Source of the DNA: a virus
DNA length: 64,000 bases
Reading direction: 5' to 3' (one strand)
IMG/VR virus record: IMGVR_UViG_3300049893_000724
Location: 1-64,000 of that record
Shown one piece after another: positions 55,263-64,000 of this stretch; positions within the stretch are counted from its first letter, which is position 1; every line of letters starts with the position of its first letter. The translations under genes and the position numbers were made by a program. The notes below the pieces were generated by a model that was not told where the DNA came from, did not search any database, and was given only the letters and a program-made list of their open reading frames with translations.

Positions 55263-56068
55263 CGCTTACCCAACTCCTCAAACAAAGCAGCGTGTTTACC
55301 ATTATAACGCTCATAGACCTCATAATCATTGGAATATAATTTTACAAGATAACCTAGAGCAATTTGTTCATTATTTACAAAGTTCTCTGCAATCATTTTA
55401 TTCAAGAAAATATCTTCAATGTCTGTTGCAACTTTTTTAAGAGACTCTACACCTCCACCAAACATCGATCCAAGAACATAAGATCTATTATCAAGAAGAT
55501 AACTCTTTGGAAGAATAGATGCATTCGCAAGATCTTTGTAATATTCCATATTCATTTGAACAAGGAATTTATCTCCCATCTGGTTCAGAGCTTCTATTGC
55601 GTTTGGACTTGGATAAGGAAGGTCCAAATCATAGTCATCAAAAAATCTAGATCCGCCAGCATCAACCCAAAAGAAGAATTTACTATCAAATGGATTTTTT
55701 TCTGCAGCAGTTGTTAACCACTTGAATTTGGAGTATTGAATTATGGAATACATTGAGTGCTGGCACTCAATTCTATTTGGATCGGAAATTTTGGTTTTAT
55801 ACTCATCCGAAGAAATAATTCCATCAATCTGTTCCTTGAGGTGATAATAAGGAATGTCATCGATAGTTTGTACAATCACTTCTGTTGGAAGATCCCCTCT
55901 CTTCTCTAAAATAAATGATTCAAGATCCTCAGTAACGAAGAAGATCATAGGGCATTTTAATTTAAGGGTGATTTCAAACCAATCAAGATATTCTTGCCAG
56001 GTTCTTCCATCCATCCCTTCTCTTTTAATATTAAAAAGAGCGGATACAATGGTAAAATCTTTATTCAT
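55259..56068 (-). CDS. HtrL/YibB (WlaTC)-like protein
   Basis: TIVSALFNI; SKFKWL; FFWVDAG; NNEQI. Confidence 0.7.
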   Translation of the reverse strand: MNKDFTIVSALFNIKREGMDGRTWQEYLDWFEITLKLKCPMIFFVTEDLESFILEKRGDLPTEVIVQTIDDIPYYHLKEQIDGIISSDEYKTKISDPNRIECQHSMYSIIQYSKFKWLTTAAEKNPFDSKFFFWVDAGGSRFFDDYDLDLPYPSPNAIEALNQMGDKFLVQMNMEYYKDLANASILPKSYLLDNRSYVLGSMFGGGVESLKKVATDIEDIFLNKMIAENFVNNEQIALGYLVKLYSNDYEVYERYNGKHAALFEELGKR

Positions 56069-56795
56069 AATATTCTCTAAATTGATGAACTAATGGATTT
56101 GGTTTTGATTTCCAATCCGAATCTCTTGAACACTCTATAATTTCTGGATTAAAAACTTCTTCTTCTCCAACTAAAGCAAATAAAGTTGGGAGAAGTAAAT
56201 CGTGAGCGTACATAGCATAATATTCCATTGATAATCTATCAATGATATCTGGATTAGATTTTAGCACAGATAAACCTTTTAGGAAAGTTTTCACTTCAAA
56301 AATTCCAGGAGTTGCTCCCCAACAATCAATAACCTTCGCTCCCTCTATAGAAGATAAAACTTCTTTAAATCCAGGAAAAAGACCTTGATTAATTCTAGAT
56401 CCTAAAAGTTTTGCTGTCTTTGGTATTGTCAATTTTCCTCTTACTAAGGCATCAGGATCCAACATTAAAATATAATCAGTTTTGCAATAATCAATTGCCT
56501 TTTCCAATCTATTCAACGTAGCCCATGCACCACTTATAATTGCTTTTTGATTTTCTTCTTCTCTAAAGTTTCCGGTGATTAAATCTCCAGTAATGTGTTT
56601 TGTCGCTGAGATAGTATCTTCTTCCAAAGAAGTAGTAAGATTTTCATATTCTTTTTGAAGATATGAAAAATCCATTCCACCATCAGAAACCAAATATATT
56701 GGATTATCTGGATATATTTCTCTCAATTTTTTAATAGAATATTCTACTGCTCTTTTTTCATTATAGCAGGTATAAAAAAATCCAAGACTAGACAT
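56061..56795 (-). CDS. Putative GT-A fold glycosyltransferase
   Basis: LREIYPDNPIYLVSDGG; YILMLDPD. Confidence 0.55.
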   Translation of the reverse strand: MSSLGFFYTCYNEKRAVEYSIKKLREIYPDNPIYLVSDGGMDFSYLQKEYENLTTSLEEDTISATKHITGDLITGNFREEENQKAIISGAWATLNRLEKAIDYCKTDYILMLDPDALVRGKLTIPKTAKLLGSRINQGLFPGFKEVLSSIEGAKVIDCWGATPGIFEVKTFLKGLSVLKSNPDIIDRLSMEYYAMYAHDLLLPTLFALVGEEEVFNPEIIECSRDSDWKSKPNPLVHQFREYYE

Positions 56796-56796
56796 A

Positions 56797-57768
56797 TTAT
56801 AAGATCGAAATCAAACTATGTATTCTGTTTATATACGTATGATTTTCTTTTACAAATTTCATACCACTCTTTATTAAGGTATAATTACTTCTATTTTCCA
56901 TACCATCATAGAAGAGTTGTTCAGTGTTATCATTAAAAATACAATTTCCATCCAGTTCTTCATAGACTGATGGAGAATTTGTTAGTCCCAAATGACCGTA
57001 ACTTATGTTTTTAAAAACTCTACACGTTAACAATCCCTGTTTTAAATGTTGGGGACCTCTAATGTCTATACCAAGTATTGATTTTTTTGTTCTGGCAATT
57101 ACTTCATCAGTTGATAATGGATTAGACCAGGGATCATTATGTTTAAAATCAATATTGTTTTTTCGACAAGCATCTATAAAGGGAACAAAGTTTGAATAAT
57201 TTTCACAAACTCCACTTGGAGATATTGTACCAGAATAATAAATTAAATTCTCTCTTTCCAAATAGATATCATTCTCATCAAATTCTTCTGGAAGAAGATT
57301 GGTTGCCCAACTAATATAAACCTTATCATAATCATCCATTTCATAGTCAACATAATCGTTAACTACTCTGACTTTTTGATTTGTCTTTGGTACAAAATAA
57401 CACGCTGGGCCCAACTTGGTTGAGTTTTGTTTATCTACAGAATACTCTTGAATATGATCTTTAAAATTAACAGCAGTCATTCTAACATCAACATATCTTT
57501 CAGCATTCTGATATTTGATGGGAGAAGGGCAATACATTATATAATAACAACTTGTATCATTGATTGGTATATTCTTATCGGCAAATCCCTCCCCAATAAA
57601 CAAACAATTAGTATAATCAAAATCTAATGGATAATCATCATCGTGAAACCAATATACATCATATCCAAGATGCTTAAACGTTTTATAGTAAGATTCGTGA
57701 ACATATGAATGCGTATGGGAATATAGAGGATGTCCCCAAATTATTACTTTTGAATATTTCATTTGCAA
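56797..57768 (-). CDS. Putative glycosyltransferase-associated protein
   Basis: HTHSYVH; CRVFKNISYG; HTYINR C-terminal motif seen in GT-B/CgeB-like proteins. Confidence 0.5.
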   Translation of the reverse strand: MQMKYSKVIIWGHPLYSHTHSYVHESYYKTFKHLGYDVYWFHDDDYPLDFDYTNCLFIGEGFADKNIPINDTSCYYIMYCPSPIKYQNAERYVDVRMTAVNFKDHIQEYSVDKQNSTKLGPACYFVPKTNQKVRVVNDYVDYEMDDYDKVYISWATNLLPEEFDENDIYLERENLIYYSGTISPSGVCENYSNFVPFIDACRKNNIDFKHNDPWSNPLSTDEVIARTKKSILGIDIRGPQHLKQGLLTCRVFKNISYGHLGLTNSPSVYEELDGNCIFNDNTEQLFYDGMENRSNYTLIKSGMKFVKENHTYINRIHSLISIL

Positions 57769-58694
57769 GAGTCGTAATAAGTATGTTCAGTAAACCACTG
57801 ATAAGTTTTAGCAAGACCAGATGCAAGACTGTGATTGGGTTTCCATCCCAAACTAATCATTTTTGAATAATCTAAAGGTCTATTGGGAGTTCCGTTCGGT
57901 CTAGATGTATCCCATTCAATTTCCCCAGTATATCCTACAACAGATGCAACAGTTTCTGCAAGTTCCTTAATACTCACATTATACCCAGATCCAACGTTAA
58001 TTAGCTCTGCATTTTCAAATTTGTCCATAGCAAAAAGACAAGCATCTGCCAAATCATCAGAATATAAAAATTCTCTCATTGGGGTTCCATCACCCCAGAA
58101 AGTTACAGTCTTTCCATTTGAATTATTAAACTTAGTCATCATAGCAGGAATGACGTGTCCGTTTTCGGGGTGAAAATTATCACCAGGACCATATAGATTA
58201 GAGGGCATTAAAGAGACACTTTTGAACCCATATTGTTTACGATATGCCTGAAGCATTTTGATTCCAGAAATCTTTGCAATAGCATATGCATCATTTGTTG
58301 GTTCAAGAAAACCCGTCAATAAAGATTCTTCCTTTACAGGAACCTCAGCAAACTTTGGATAGATGCAAACTGATCCTAGAAACAAAAACTTTTTAACTCC
58401 GTGCTTCCAAGAATTATGAATTAGATTTGTTTGAATTAAAATGTTTTCATAAATGAAATCTGCAGAATAAGTGTCATTTGCATAGATTCCACCAACGCGA
58501 GCAGCTGCATCAAAAACATATTCAGGTCTTTCAGTATTAAAAAAATCTTCTACATCATTTTGATTTAAAAGGTTTAATTCCTGACGAGTCTTTGTAATTA
58601 TATTTGTATATCCTCTTTCAATCAATGTTCTCACAATAGCAGAACCAACTAGACCTCGGTGTCCTGCGACAAATATTTTAGAGTCTTGTTTCAT
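57759..58694 (-). CDS. fcl: GDP-L-fucose synthase
   Basis: GHRGLVGSA; AAARVGGIYAN; LGSVCIYP; YAIAK; MPSNLYGPGDNF; WGDGTPMREFLY. Confidence 0.95.
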   Translation of the reverse strand: MKQDSKIFVAGHRGLVGSAIVRTLIERGYTNIITKTRQELNLLNQNDVEDFFNTERPEYVFDAAARVGGIYANDTYSADFIYENILIQTNLIHNSWKHGVKKFLFLGSVCIYPKFAEVPVKEESLLTGFLEPTNDAYAIAKISGIKMLQAYRKQYGFKSVSLMPSNLYGPGDNFHPENGHVIPAMMTKFNNSNGKTVTFWGDGTPMREFLYSDDLADACLFAMDKFENAELINVGSGYNVSIKELAETVASVVGYTGEIEWDTSRPNGTPNRPLDYSKMISLGWKPNHSLASGLAKTYQWFTEHTYYDSCK

Positions 58695-58701
58695 AATAAA
58701 A

Positions 58702-59940
58702 TTAAGGAATTACAACTTCTGGATTTGGTAGGGGAAATACTAGCGTTTTTCCTTTGAACTTAGGACTATTAACAAAGAAATTTTTAAAGTGCCACGGTAG
58801 AATTACGAACACGTCACAGGCATCGATTACAGAATCTTCTGCTTGAATAGGAATCCAAGTGCCTGGAGTAAAGGAACCATCTTTATCTGGATTAACGTCA
58901 CCCACGACTTGAATATCATTTGGAGTAACGTTCCAAGTTTGTAGGGTAACATTTCCTTTCGTGCTTGCTCCAAGAGCTGCTACCTTTAGTCCTTGATCTT
59001 TAAACTGACTGATCAACTTCCAAAATTCTAACTTACATTGTTCAATACGGAAAGAAAAATCTTTCCAAGGTTCAAGAGTATCTAACTTAAGATCTAGTTC
59101 TTCTTGTATAAGATCGTTAACTCTTTCTGTTGCTTCTTGATACTTACTTTCTTTATTTGCAACGACTAGAGAAATACTACCACCATTCACCTCATTGAAT
59201 TCAAAGTCAATAATTTTAAAGTTAGAACGATCCATAATATACTTCAACTGCCTCATTCCATAATAAGACAGGTGTTCGTGACATACAGTATCAAAAGAAT
59301 TTACCCGAAGCATCTCAGGCATATAACTTTGTTCTAGAACCCAAATTCCATCTTCAGGATCCAATACAGAGTTTACTTCGCGTGCAAACTGACAAGGATC
59401 TTCAAGATCATAAAACATTGAGAATGATGTAATTAGTTTTGCTTTTTCATTCCCAAAACAAGACTTATATGTCTGCTCACTAAAAAAGTCTGGAATATAA
59501 TCTACGTGCTCTTTATAATATTTGGAAAACTTTTTGGAGGTTGGATCAATGCTCACCAACTTTAGATGTGGGGGAAAGAATCCAAGAAAAGTACCGTCAT
59601 TACCTGCAATATCAATTACAAGATCCTTTTCTTTCAAGTCAAGAAAACTTGCAATCTTTTCATACTTTCCTTGGAGATGTTTAACCATACTGGCATTCAG
59701 TCCAGATCGATACCCATACTCCTGACCATACATTGTAGGGAGATCAAAAGTATGCTCTAACTGAACGTGGCCACACCCACCAGTCTCTTCATTACACTTC
59801 ACAAGTGTAAGCGGACCTCTATACATTCCAGTATCGACAGTTTTAGGAAAAATTCCTGACAGATATTGATTTCCTAAATCTAAAACTGTAACGAGATGAT
59901 CATTGCCACAGATTCTACATTTTTCAATTTTATGAAACAT
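58702..59940 (-). CDS. NDP-hexose C-methyltransferase-like SAM-dependent methyltransferase
   Basis: N-terminal zinc-binding CRIC; YGYRSG; IDIAGNDG; FDTVCHEHLSYY; LGASTKGNV; ILPWHF; start moved to MFHKI. Confidence 0.85.
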   Translation of the reverse strand: MFHKIEKCRICGNDHLVTVLDLGNQYLSGIFPKTVDTGMYRGPLTLVKCNEETGGCGHVQLEHTFDLPTMYGQEYGYRSGLNASMVKHLQGKYEKIASFLDLKEKDLVIDIAGNDGTFLGFFPPHLKLVSIDPTSKKFSKYYKEHVDYIPDFFSEQTYKSCFGNEKAKLITSFSMFYDLEDPCQFAREVNSVLDPEDGIWVLEQSYMPEMLRVNSFDTVCHEHLSYYGMRQLKYIMDRSNFKIIDFEFNEVNGGSISLVVANKESKYQEATERVNDLIQEELDLKLDTLEPWKDFSFRIEQCKLEFWKLISQFKDQGLKVAALGASTKGNVTLQTWNVTPNDIQVVGDVNPDKDGSFTPGTWIPIQAEDSVIDACDVFVILPWHFKNFFVNSPKFKGKTLVFPLPNPEVVIP

Positions 59941-59941
59941 A

Positions 59942-60943
59942 TCAGTGCTCATTAATACACATATCCTCAACTAATTGTTTAAATGAAGTCTTTGGTTCCC
60001 AACCAAGTTCCTTCTTTGCCTTAGAGGCATCACCCAATAAAGTTTCCACTTCAGCAGGTCGAAAATATTTAGGATCAATTATAACACAAACCAATCCAGT
60101 ATTGCTATCAATACCAACCTCGTCCAGACCTTTACCTTGCCATACAATATTCATACCAAAGTAAGGTGCTGCTTGCTCTACAAACTCACGAACAGAATAC
60201 TGAACACCAGTTGCGACCACATAATCATCAGGTTTATCTTGCTGAAGCATTAACCACATTGCTTCTACAAAGTCTCTAGCGTGTCCCCAATCACGTTTTG
60301 CATTCAGATTACCTAGAGTAAGAACTTCTTGCTTACCTTCGGATATTGCTTTTAGAGCCCTAGTAATCTTACGAGTTACAAATGTTTCACCACGTCTTGG
60401 AGATTCGTGGTTAAAAAGAATACCAGTGCAAGCATACATTCCATATGCTTCACGATAATTCTTTGTAATCCAATATCCATAAATCTTTGCTACACCATAA
60501 GGAGAGCGGGGATAAAAAGGAGTAGTTTCGCGCTGAGGAGTTTCTTGAACAAGACCGTAGAGTTCGCTTGTAGATGCTTGATAGATGCGTACACGGTCTT
60601 CCATACCCAGGAGACGCACTGCTTCAAGAACACGAAGAGTTCCCATAGCATCGACATCAGCAGTATATTCAGGCATCTCAAAGGATACCTTAACGTGACT
60701 CTGAGCACCAAGATTATAAATCTCATCTGGTTGAACTTTTTGTATGACTCTTACTATATTTGTAGAATCTGTTAAATCTCCGTAATGTAACTTAATATTT
60801 TGATACAAATGGTCAATACGATGAGTATTGATTAGGGAAGAGCGCCTGATGATACCGTGAACTTCATAACCTTTTTCTAGAAGAAGTTCAGCAAGGTATG
60901 ATCCATCTTGTCCCGTAATACCTGTGATTAATGCAACTTTCAT
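59942..60943 (-). CDS. gmd: GDP-mannose 4,6-dehydratase
   Basis: [12 protein letters not shown]; [11 protein letters not shown]; QASTSELYG; PRSPYGVAK; [17 protein letters not shown]. Confidence 0.97.
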   Translation of the reverse strand: MKVALITGITGQDGSYLAELLLEKGYEVHGIIRRSSLINTHRIDHLYQNIKLHYGDLTDSTNIVRVIQKVQPDEIYNLGAQSHVKVSFEMPEYTADVDAMGTLRVLEAVRLLGMEDRVRIYQASTSELYGLVQETPQRETTPFYPRSPYGVAKIYGYWITKNYREAYGMYACTGILFNHESPRRGETFVTRKITRALKAISEGKQEVLTLGNLNAKRDWGHARDFVEAMWLMLQQDKPDDYVVATGVQYSVREFVEQAAPYFGMNIVWQGKGLDEVGIDSNTGLVCVIIDPKYFRPAEVETLLGDASKAKKELGWEPKTSFKQLVEDMCINEH

Positions 60944-60946
60944 AAG

Positions 60947-61696
60947 TTATCCTTTATGTCCAAATACCAAAAGATTTGCGTGAATTATTTTTATATTATT
61001 ATTATTCAAATGATGTTTGACGTGAAGTTCATTACACCACCACCCATCCATTTGAATTGATTGTTTGATAATGCCATCAATATGGTGGTAGATTCCACAA
61101 TAAGCATTCATCGATTCTGTTCGTCCTACAGCAAACCAATCGTGTGGCATACCATAAGGTAAACCTGTTGAATGACATAGGATTTCATCTTCTTTTAAAT
61201 TAAGAGCATTGAAATTAATAATTCCGTGTGGAGCAAAATCAAATCTGCACCTAACAACAAAATCATATTCAATGTTATTATCAACCGCGTATTTTTCTTT
61301 TATAAGATTAGACATCATTATACTATAGAACATACTATTTGTCATATTACACAAATACTGCTTACCAACTTCAAGACCACCCTCAACATCTCGAGCCCAT
61401 CCAGGTCCTTCATCAAGTTGTTTTTCTGTTATTTCATAACTTCTTTTCCAAATCTTTGGTTTTTCAACCATCATTCCTTTTGGTTGATAAAGGTTCTTAA
61501 TTTTATCAATCGCGTCTGCAGAGAAAGTCTTATGAGTTCTGTCTGGAATGACGGAATTATGACTTAAGTTATTAGGATCCCACCAAGTATGAACGAAAAC
61601 ATCAACATCATTACCATCAAGAATAGTTTGTTTTATGATAGGATGAATGATATCAATATCTCTGGGTTGCCCAGAAAAACAAAGTGCAATTTTCAT
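60947..61696 (-). CDS. Hypothetical glycan-biosynthesis protein
   Basis: MKIALCFSGQPR...DVFVHTW...YDFVVRCRFD, pattern common in polysaccharide loci. Confidence 0.6.
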   Translation of the reverse strand: MKIALCFSGQPRDIDIIHPIIKQTILDGNDVDVFVHTWWDPNNLSHNSVIPDRTHKTFSADAIDKIKNLYQPKGMMVEKPKIWKRSYEITEKQLDEGPGWARDVEGGLEVGKQYLCNMTNSMFYSIMMSNLIKEKYAVDNNIEYDFVVRCRFDFAPHGIINFNALNLKEDEILCHSTGLPYGMPHDWFAVGRTESMNAYCGIYHHIDGIIKQSIQMDGWWCNELHVKHHLNNNNIKIIHANLLVFGHKG

Positions 61697-62469
61697 TAGA
61701 ATCCCTCCTCATCCCAACCTTCATTTGCCGAATCAAATGGCAGACAGTATATATTTCTTTTTGGCCAAATCATATGAACATCTCTTCTAGGAAATGATTT
61801 GAAATATTTTGGAGTAACTTCATCACTCACTTTTTTTGCCTCGTTCCAATTTGGTGATTGATCATAAAGATATTGATTCTCATTATCAACCATTTTTTTC
61901 ACTCTCTCATCAAATCTACTGCAATAATGAGCGCCAATATAAGTCTCTGGGCGAGTAAATAAATTCATCGCTCCGCTATAGTTGCTACTATTGATTCCCA
62001 TTCTTTCACAAACTTCATTAACTTCGTGAGGGGGATCAAAGAGGTTTATCATATCATTTCGATATCCCCAATAGACCCAATCCTTTGGATGAAAAAGATG
62101 ATGAAAATGATTTCCAACTACAAAGATTCTTCTGTCTTTTAAGTTGCTCATAAAAAAATCATACATCTGCTCAATCCCCTCCAGATTAAACAATTGATCA
62201 CTACGAAATTTTGCAACTAAATTTGAACTTGTTCTTTTAACACCAGCAAGTGATGTAGTCAGTTGCAAGTTTACATTTGCTGGACCAGGATATTTTTGAT
62301 ACGAGGGACTTCTAACAAACTCTACTTTATCAGAAAATACGGATTGATCTTTATCAATTTCCCAACAAGAAACAATAATCTTATCTACAAAAGATAATTT
62401 TATATAAGAAGAAATTACCTCATCAGTAAAGTCGGTATATGGACCCTGTACAATAAGATCTATTGTCAT
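61696..62469 (-). CDS. WavE-like lipopolysaccharide synthesis protein
   Basis: IVQGP; IIVSCW; NVNLQLTTSLAG; KFRSDQ; FHPKDWVYWG; start moved to MTIDL. Confidence 0.7.
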   Translation of the reverse strand: MTIDLIVQGPYTDFTDEVISSYIKLSFVDKIIVSCWEIDKDQSVFSDKVEFVRSPSYQKYPGPANVNLQLTTSLAGVKRTSSNLVAKFRSDQLFNLEGIEQMYDFFMSNLKDRRIFVVGNHFHHLFHPKDWVYWGYRNDMINLFDPPHEVNEVCERMGINSSNYSGAMNLFTRPETYIGAHYCSRFDERVKKMVDNENQYLYDQSPNWNEAKKVSDEVTPKYFKSFPRRDVHMIWPKRNIYCLPFDSANEGWDEEGF

Positions 62470-62912
62470 ACAAATCCAGGATAATCTGTACAAACGCCAT
62501 AGGCATTATCAAAGAAAGTCGTATTTGTCAGTCCAAGAATATCTTCTTTAGATAAAAGTGGGATAATTGTATTATCATCAATTTTTTGTGTGAGATCGTG
62601 CAACCATATCTTTCCAGTTGAAGTATATGTAAAAGGATCTCCAGTATGGCAAAACGAATGATATGCCCAACATTCGACTGCTGCTTCAAGATTTTTACAA
62701 TGAATCCAGAGATAGTGCCGACGTTTGTCTAACCAATTATGATCAACTTTGTATTGGGGTTCATCGTGCCCTAACCACAACTCACCATTGATTGATCGGA
62801 TATCAATTTCAACATCATATCCACAACCAATAGCACAATCAATGTAACTGGGTCTGTTCTCTTTATCTAGAACAGGACCCTTAATGTTTCCGCGATGAGA
62901 TATAAGTTTCAT
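62466..62912 (-). CDS. PLC-like/GDPD-fold phosphodiesterase-like protein
   Basis: ISHRGN; ENRP; VEIDIR; LGHD; WIHCKN; GVCTDY. Confidence 0.75.
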   Translation of the reverse strand: MKLISHRGNIKGPVLDKENRPSYIDCAIGCGYDVEIDIRSINGELWLGHDEPQYKVDHNWLDKRRHYLWIHCKNLEAAVECWAYHSFCHTGDPFTYTSTGKIWLHDLTQKIDDNTIIPLLSKEDILGLTNTTFFDNAYGVCTDYPGFV

Positions 62913-63220
62913 AGTTCTTCAATTCTCAATGATTTATCTTCAATAAACAAATCATAAAAAGGTTTATCTGCTCTTAGCTCATGGTACTTTGCGCCCCAAG
63001 CATTAAGTTGATCTCTAGTAAGTTCAGTCCAGTCGTTTTGCCTTCTACTTCCACGAGCAGTCCAATAAACAATAGTATGACCCTCATCATAAAGTTTATT
63101 GATCTTATCTATGTTTTCTGGAATTGGTTTTGCTTTAGTATAGTCGTGCTTTGTTCCAAAATCTACAGAGGTTTCTCGATGACAAATAGTTTCATCAATA
63201 TCAACATAAATGACTTTCAT
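62909..63220 (-). CDS. HAD-family phosphatase (capsule biosynthesis type)
   Basis: YVDIDETI; WTARG; KP...IEDK. Confidence 0.8.
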   Translation of the reverse strand: MKVIYVDIDETICHRETSVDFGTKHDYTKAKPIPENIDKINKLYDEGHTIVYWTARGSRRQNDWTELTRDQLNAWGAKYHELRADKPFYDLFIEDKSLRIEEL

Positions 63221-63897
63221 TGATACAGTGTTCTCCTATAGTTTTCATTTGGGCAGGTATCGACATCAGCAACTTCTTGTTTGGTCAGAAACTTAACTCC
63301 ACCTAGAAGTTTTGCTCCAACAAAAATATCAGCAGATTTTTCACACATTAAAGTTGCAGCAGCGCAATCTTTCTTAGATGCAGATGCTGTAATTATACCA
63401 TGATTTTGTAGTAAGATCAACTTAGGAAAAAATCCTTCGTGATTCACGAATGCAGAGACGTGTTTTTCAACTAACTTCAAAATTGCTTGTCCAGGAGGAG
63501 CATAAGGAACCACACAGGACTTTGTACCATTTCTAACAATTTGATCAGGGAACCAACGATGATTTGCAAACTGATATAACTGACTTGAACAAAGAATTTT
63601 TGTGGTGTGTGGTGGATGAGTATGTGCAATAAAATTAACTTCTGGAAAAGTCTTCATAATCCAAGCGTGAAAAGAAGTTTCAATACTTGGTTTCTTATGA
63701 AGAAGTTCTATCTGTGCTCCATTAGTATTGCATAAGGTCAAATCTTCTTCAGAGAGTGTGTGGAGACTTGTTCCACTTGCCTTAATCAAAAAAGTATTTT
63801 CATCTTGGCGCATAGAAACATTTCCTTCACCACAAATGGTGTATTCACATATTTCATGAGCTAAATCTAAAAGTTCGTTAGTTTGTAAAATAGTCAT
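63217..63897 (-). CDS. Class II aldolase/adducin-family protein
   Basis: EGNVS; IKASG; PSIETSFH; AHTHP; LQNHG. Confidence 0.85.
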   Translation of the reverse strand: MTILQTNELLDLAHEICEYTICGEGNVSMRQDENTFLIKASGTSLHTLSEEDLTLCNTNGAQIELLHKKPSIETSFHAWIMKTFPEVNFIAHTHPPHTTKILCSSQLYQFANHRWFPDQIVRNGTKSCVVPYAPPGQAILKLVEKHVSAFVNHEGFFPKLILLQNHGIITASASKKDCAAATLMCEKSADIFVGAKLLGGVKFLTKQEVADVDTCPNENYRRTLYQ

Positions 63898-64000
63898 TTT
63901 CGTAAGAGTAAGGATGCCAGTCTACTTTATTAAAAAATGTTTGCCAATACTGATATGTTTTTAAATCGTTTGGTGTTCCCCAACAAATATATTCATCGAT
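63878..64000 (-). CDS. C-terminus of a putative sugar-phosphate nucleotidyltransferase (start outside window)
   Basis: ...IDEYICWGTPNDLKTYQYWQTFF..., GTPxDL motif. Confidence 0.55.
   Translation of the reverse strand: MDEYICWGTPNDLKTYQYWQTFFNKVDWHPYSYENDYFTN

Overview
A 64-kb segment of a T4-like cyanomyovirus genome, probably infecting picocyanobacteria (Synechococcus/Cyanobium type), transcribed mostly from the minus strand. Layout: (1) 1-28.7 kb virion module with giant fibre/structural proteins, an apparently split gp5, a PA14-repeat protein, tape-measure-like proteins with cell-wall hydrolase domains, gp51/gp26/gp54-like/gp4/gp2-like/gp48/gp53, plus cp12, a Mom-like DNA-modification gene and tRNA-Thr/tRNA-Leu. 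(2) 28.7-37 kb core replication/transcription genes (gp32, gp59, gp33, exonuclease, phoH, thyX, speD, glutaredoxin). (3) 37-52 kb host-derived and envelope genes (psbD, psbA, a plus-strand cassette of exported proteins, autotransporter, lysozyme and C39 peptidase, peroxiredoxin, two hli, petF, pstS, Som-type porin). (4) 52-64 kb glycan-biosynthesis island (GT25, GT6, GT11, GT4, fcl, C-methyltransferase, gmd, WavE etc.). The most striking element is at 33.5-34.2 kb: an NtcA box and sigma70 promoter drive a leader with two tandem glnA-type (glutamine riboswitch) aptamers, the first of which is split, with a complete 67-codon ORF occupying its P2 loop, followed by a DUF4278-like gene and a small basic peptide. 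All family assignments are from motif recognition, not database searches; some start codons were moved from the ORF track to a better-supported ATG.
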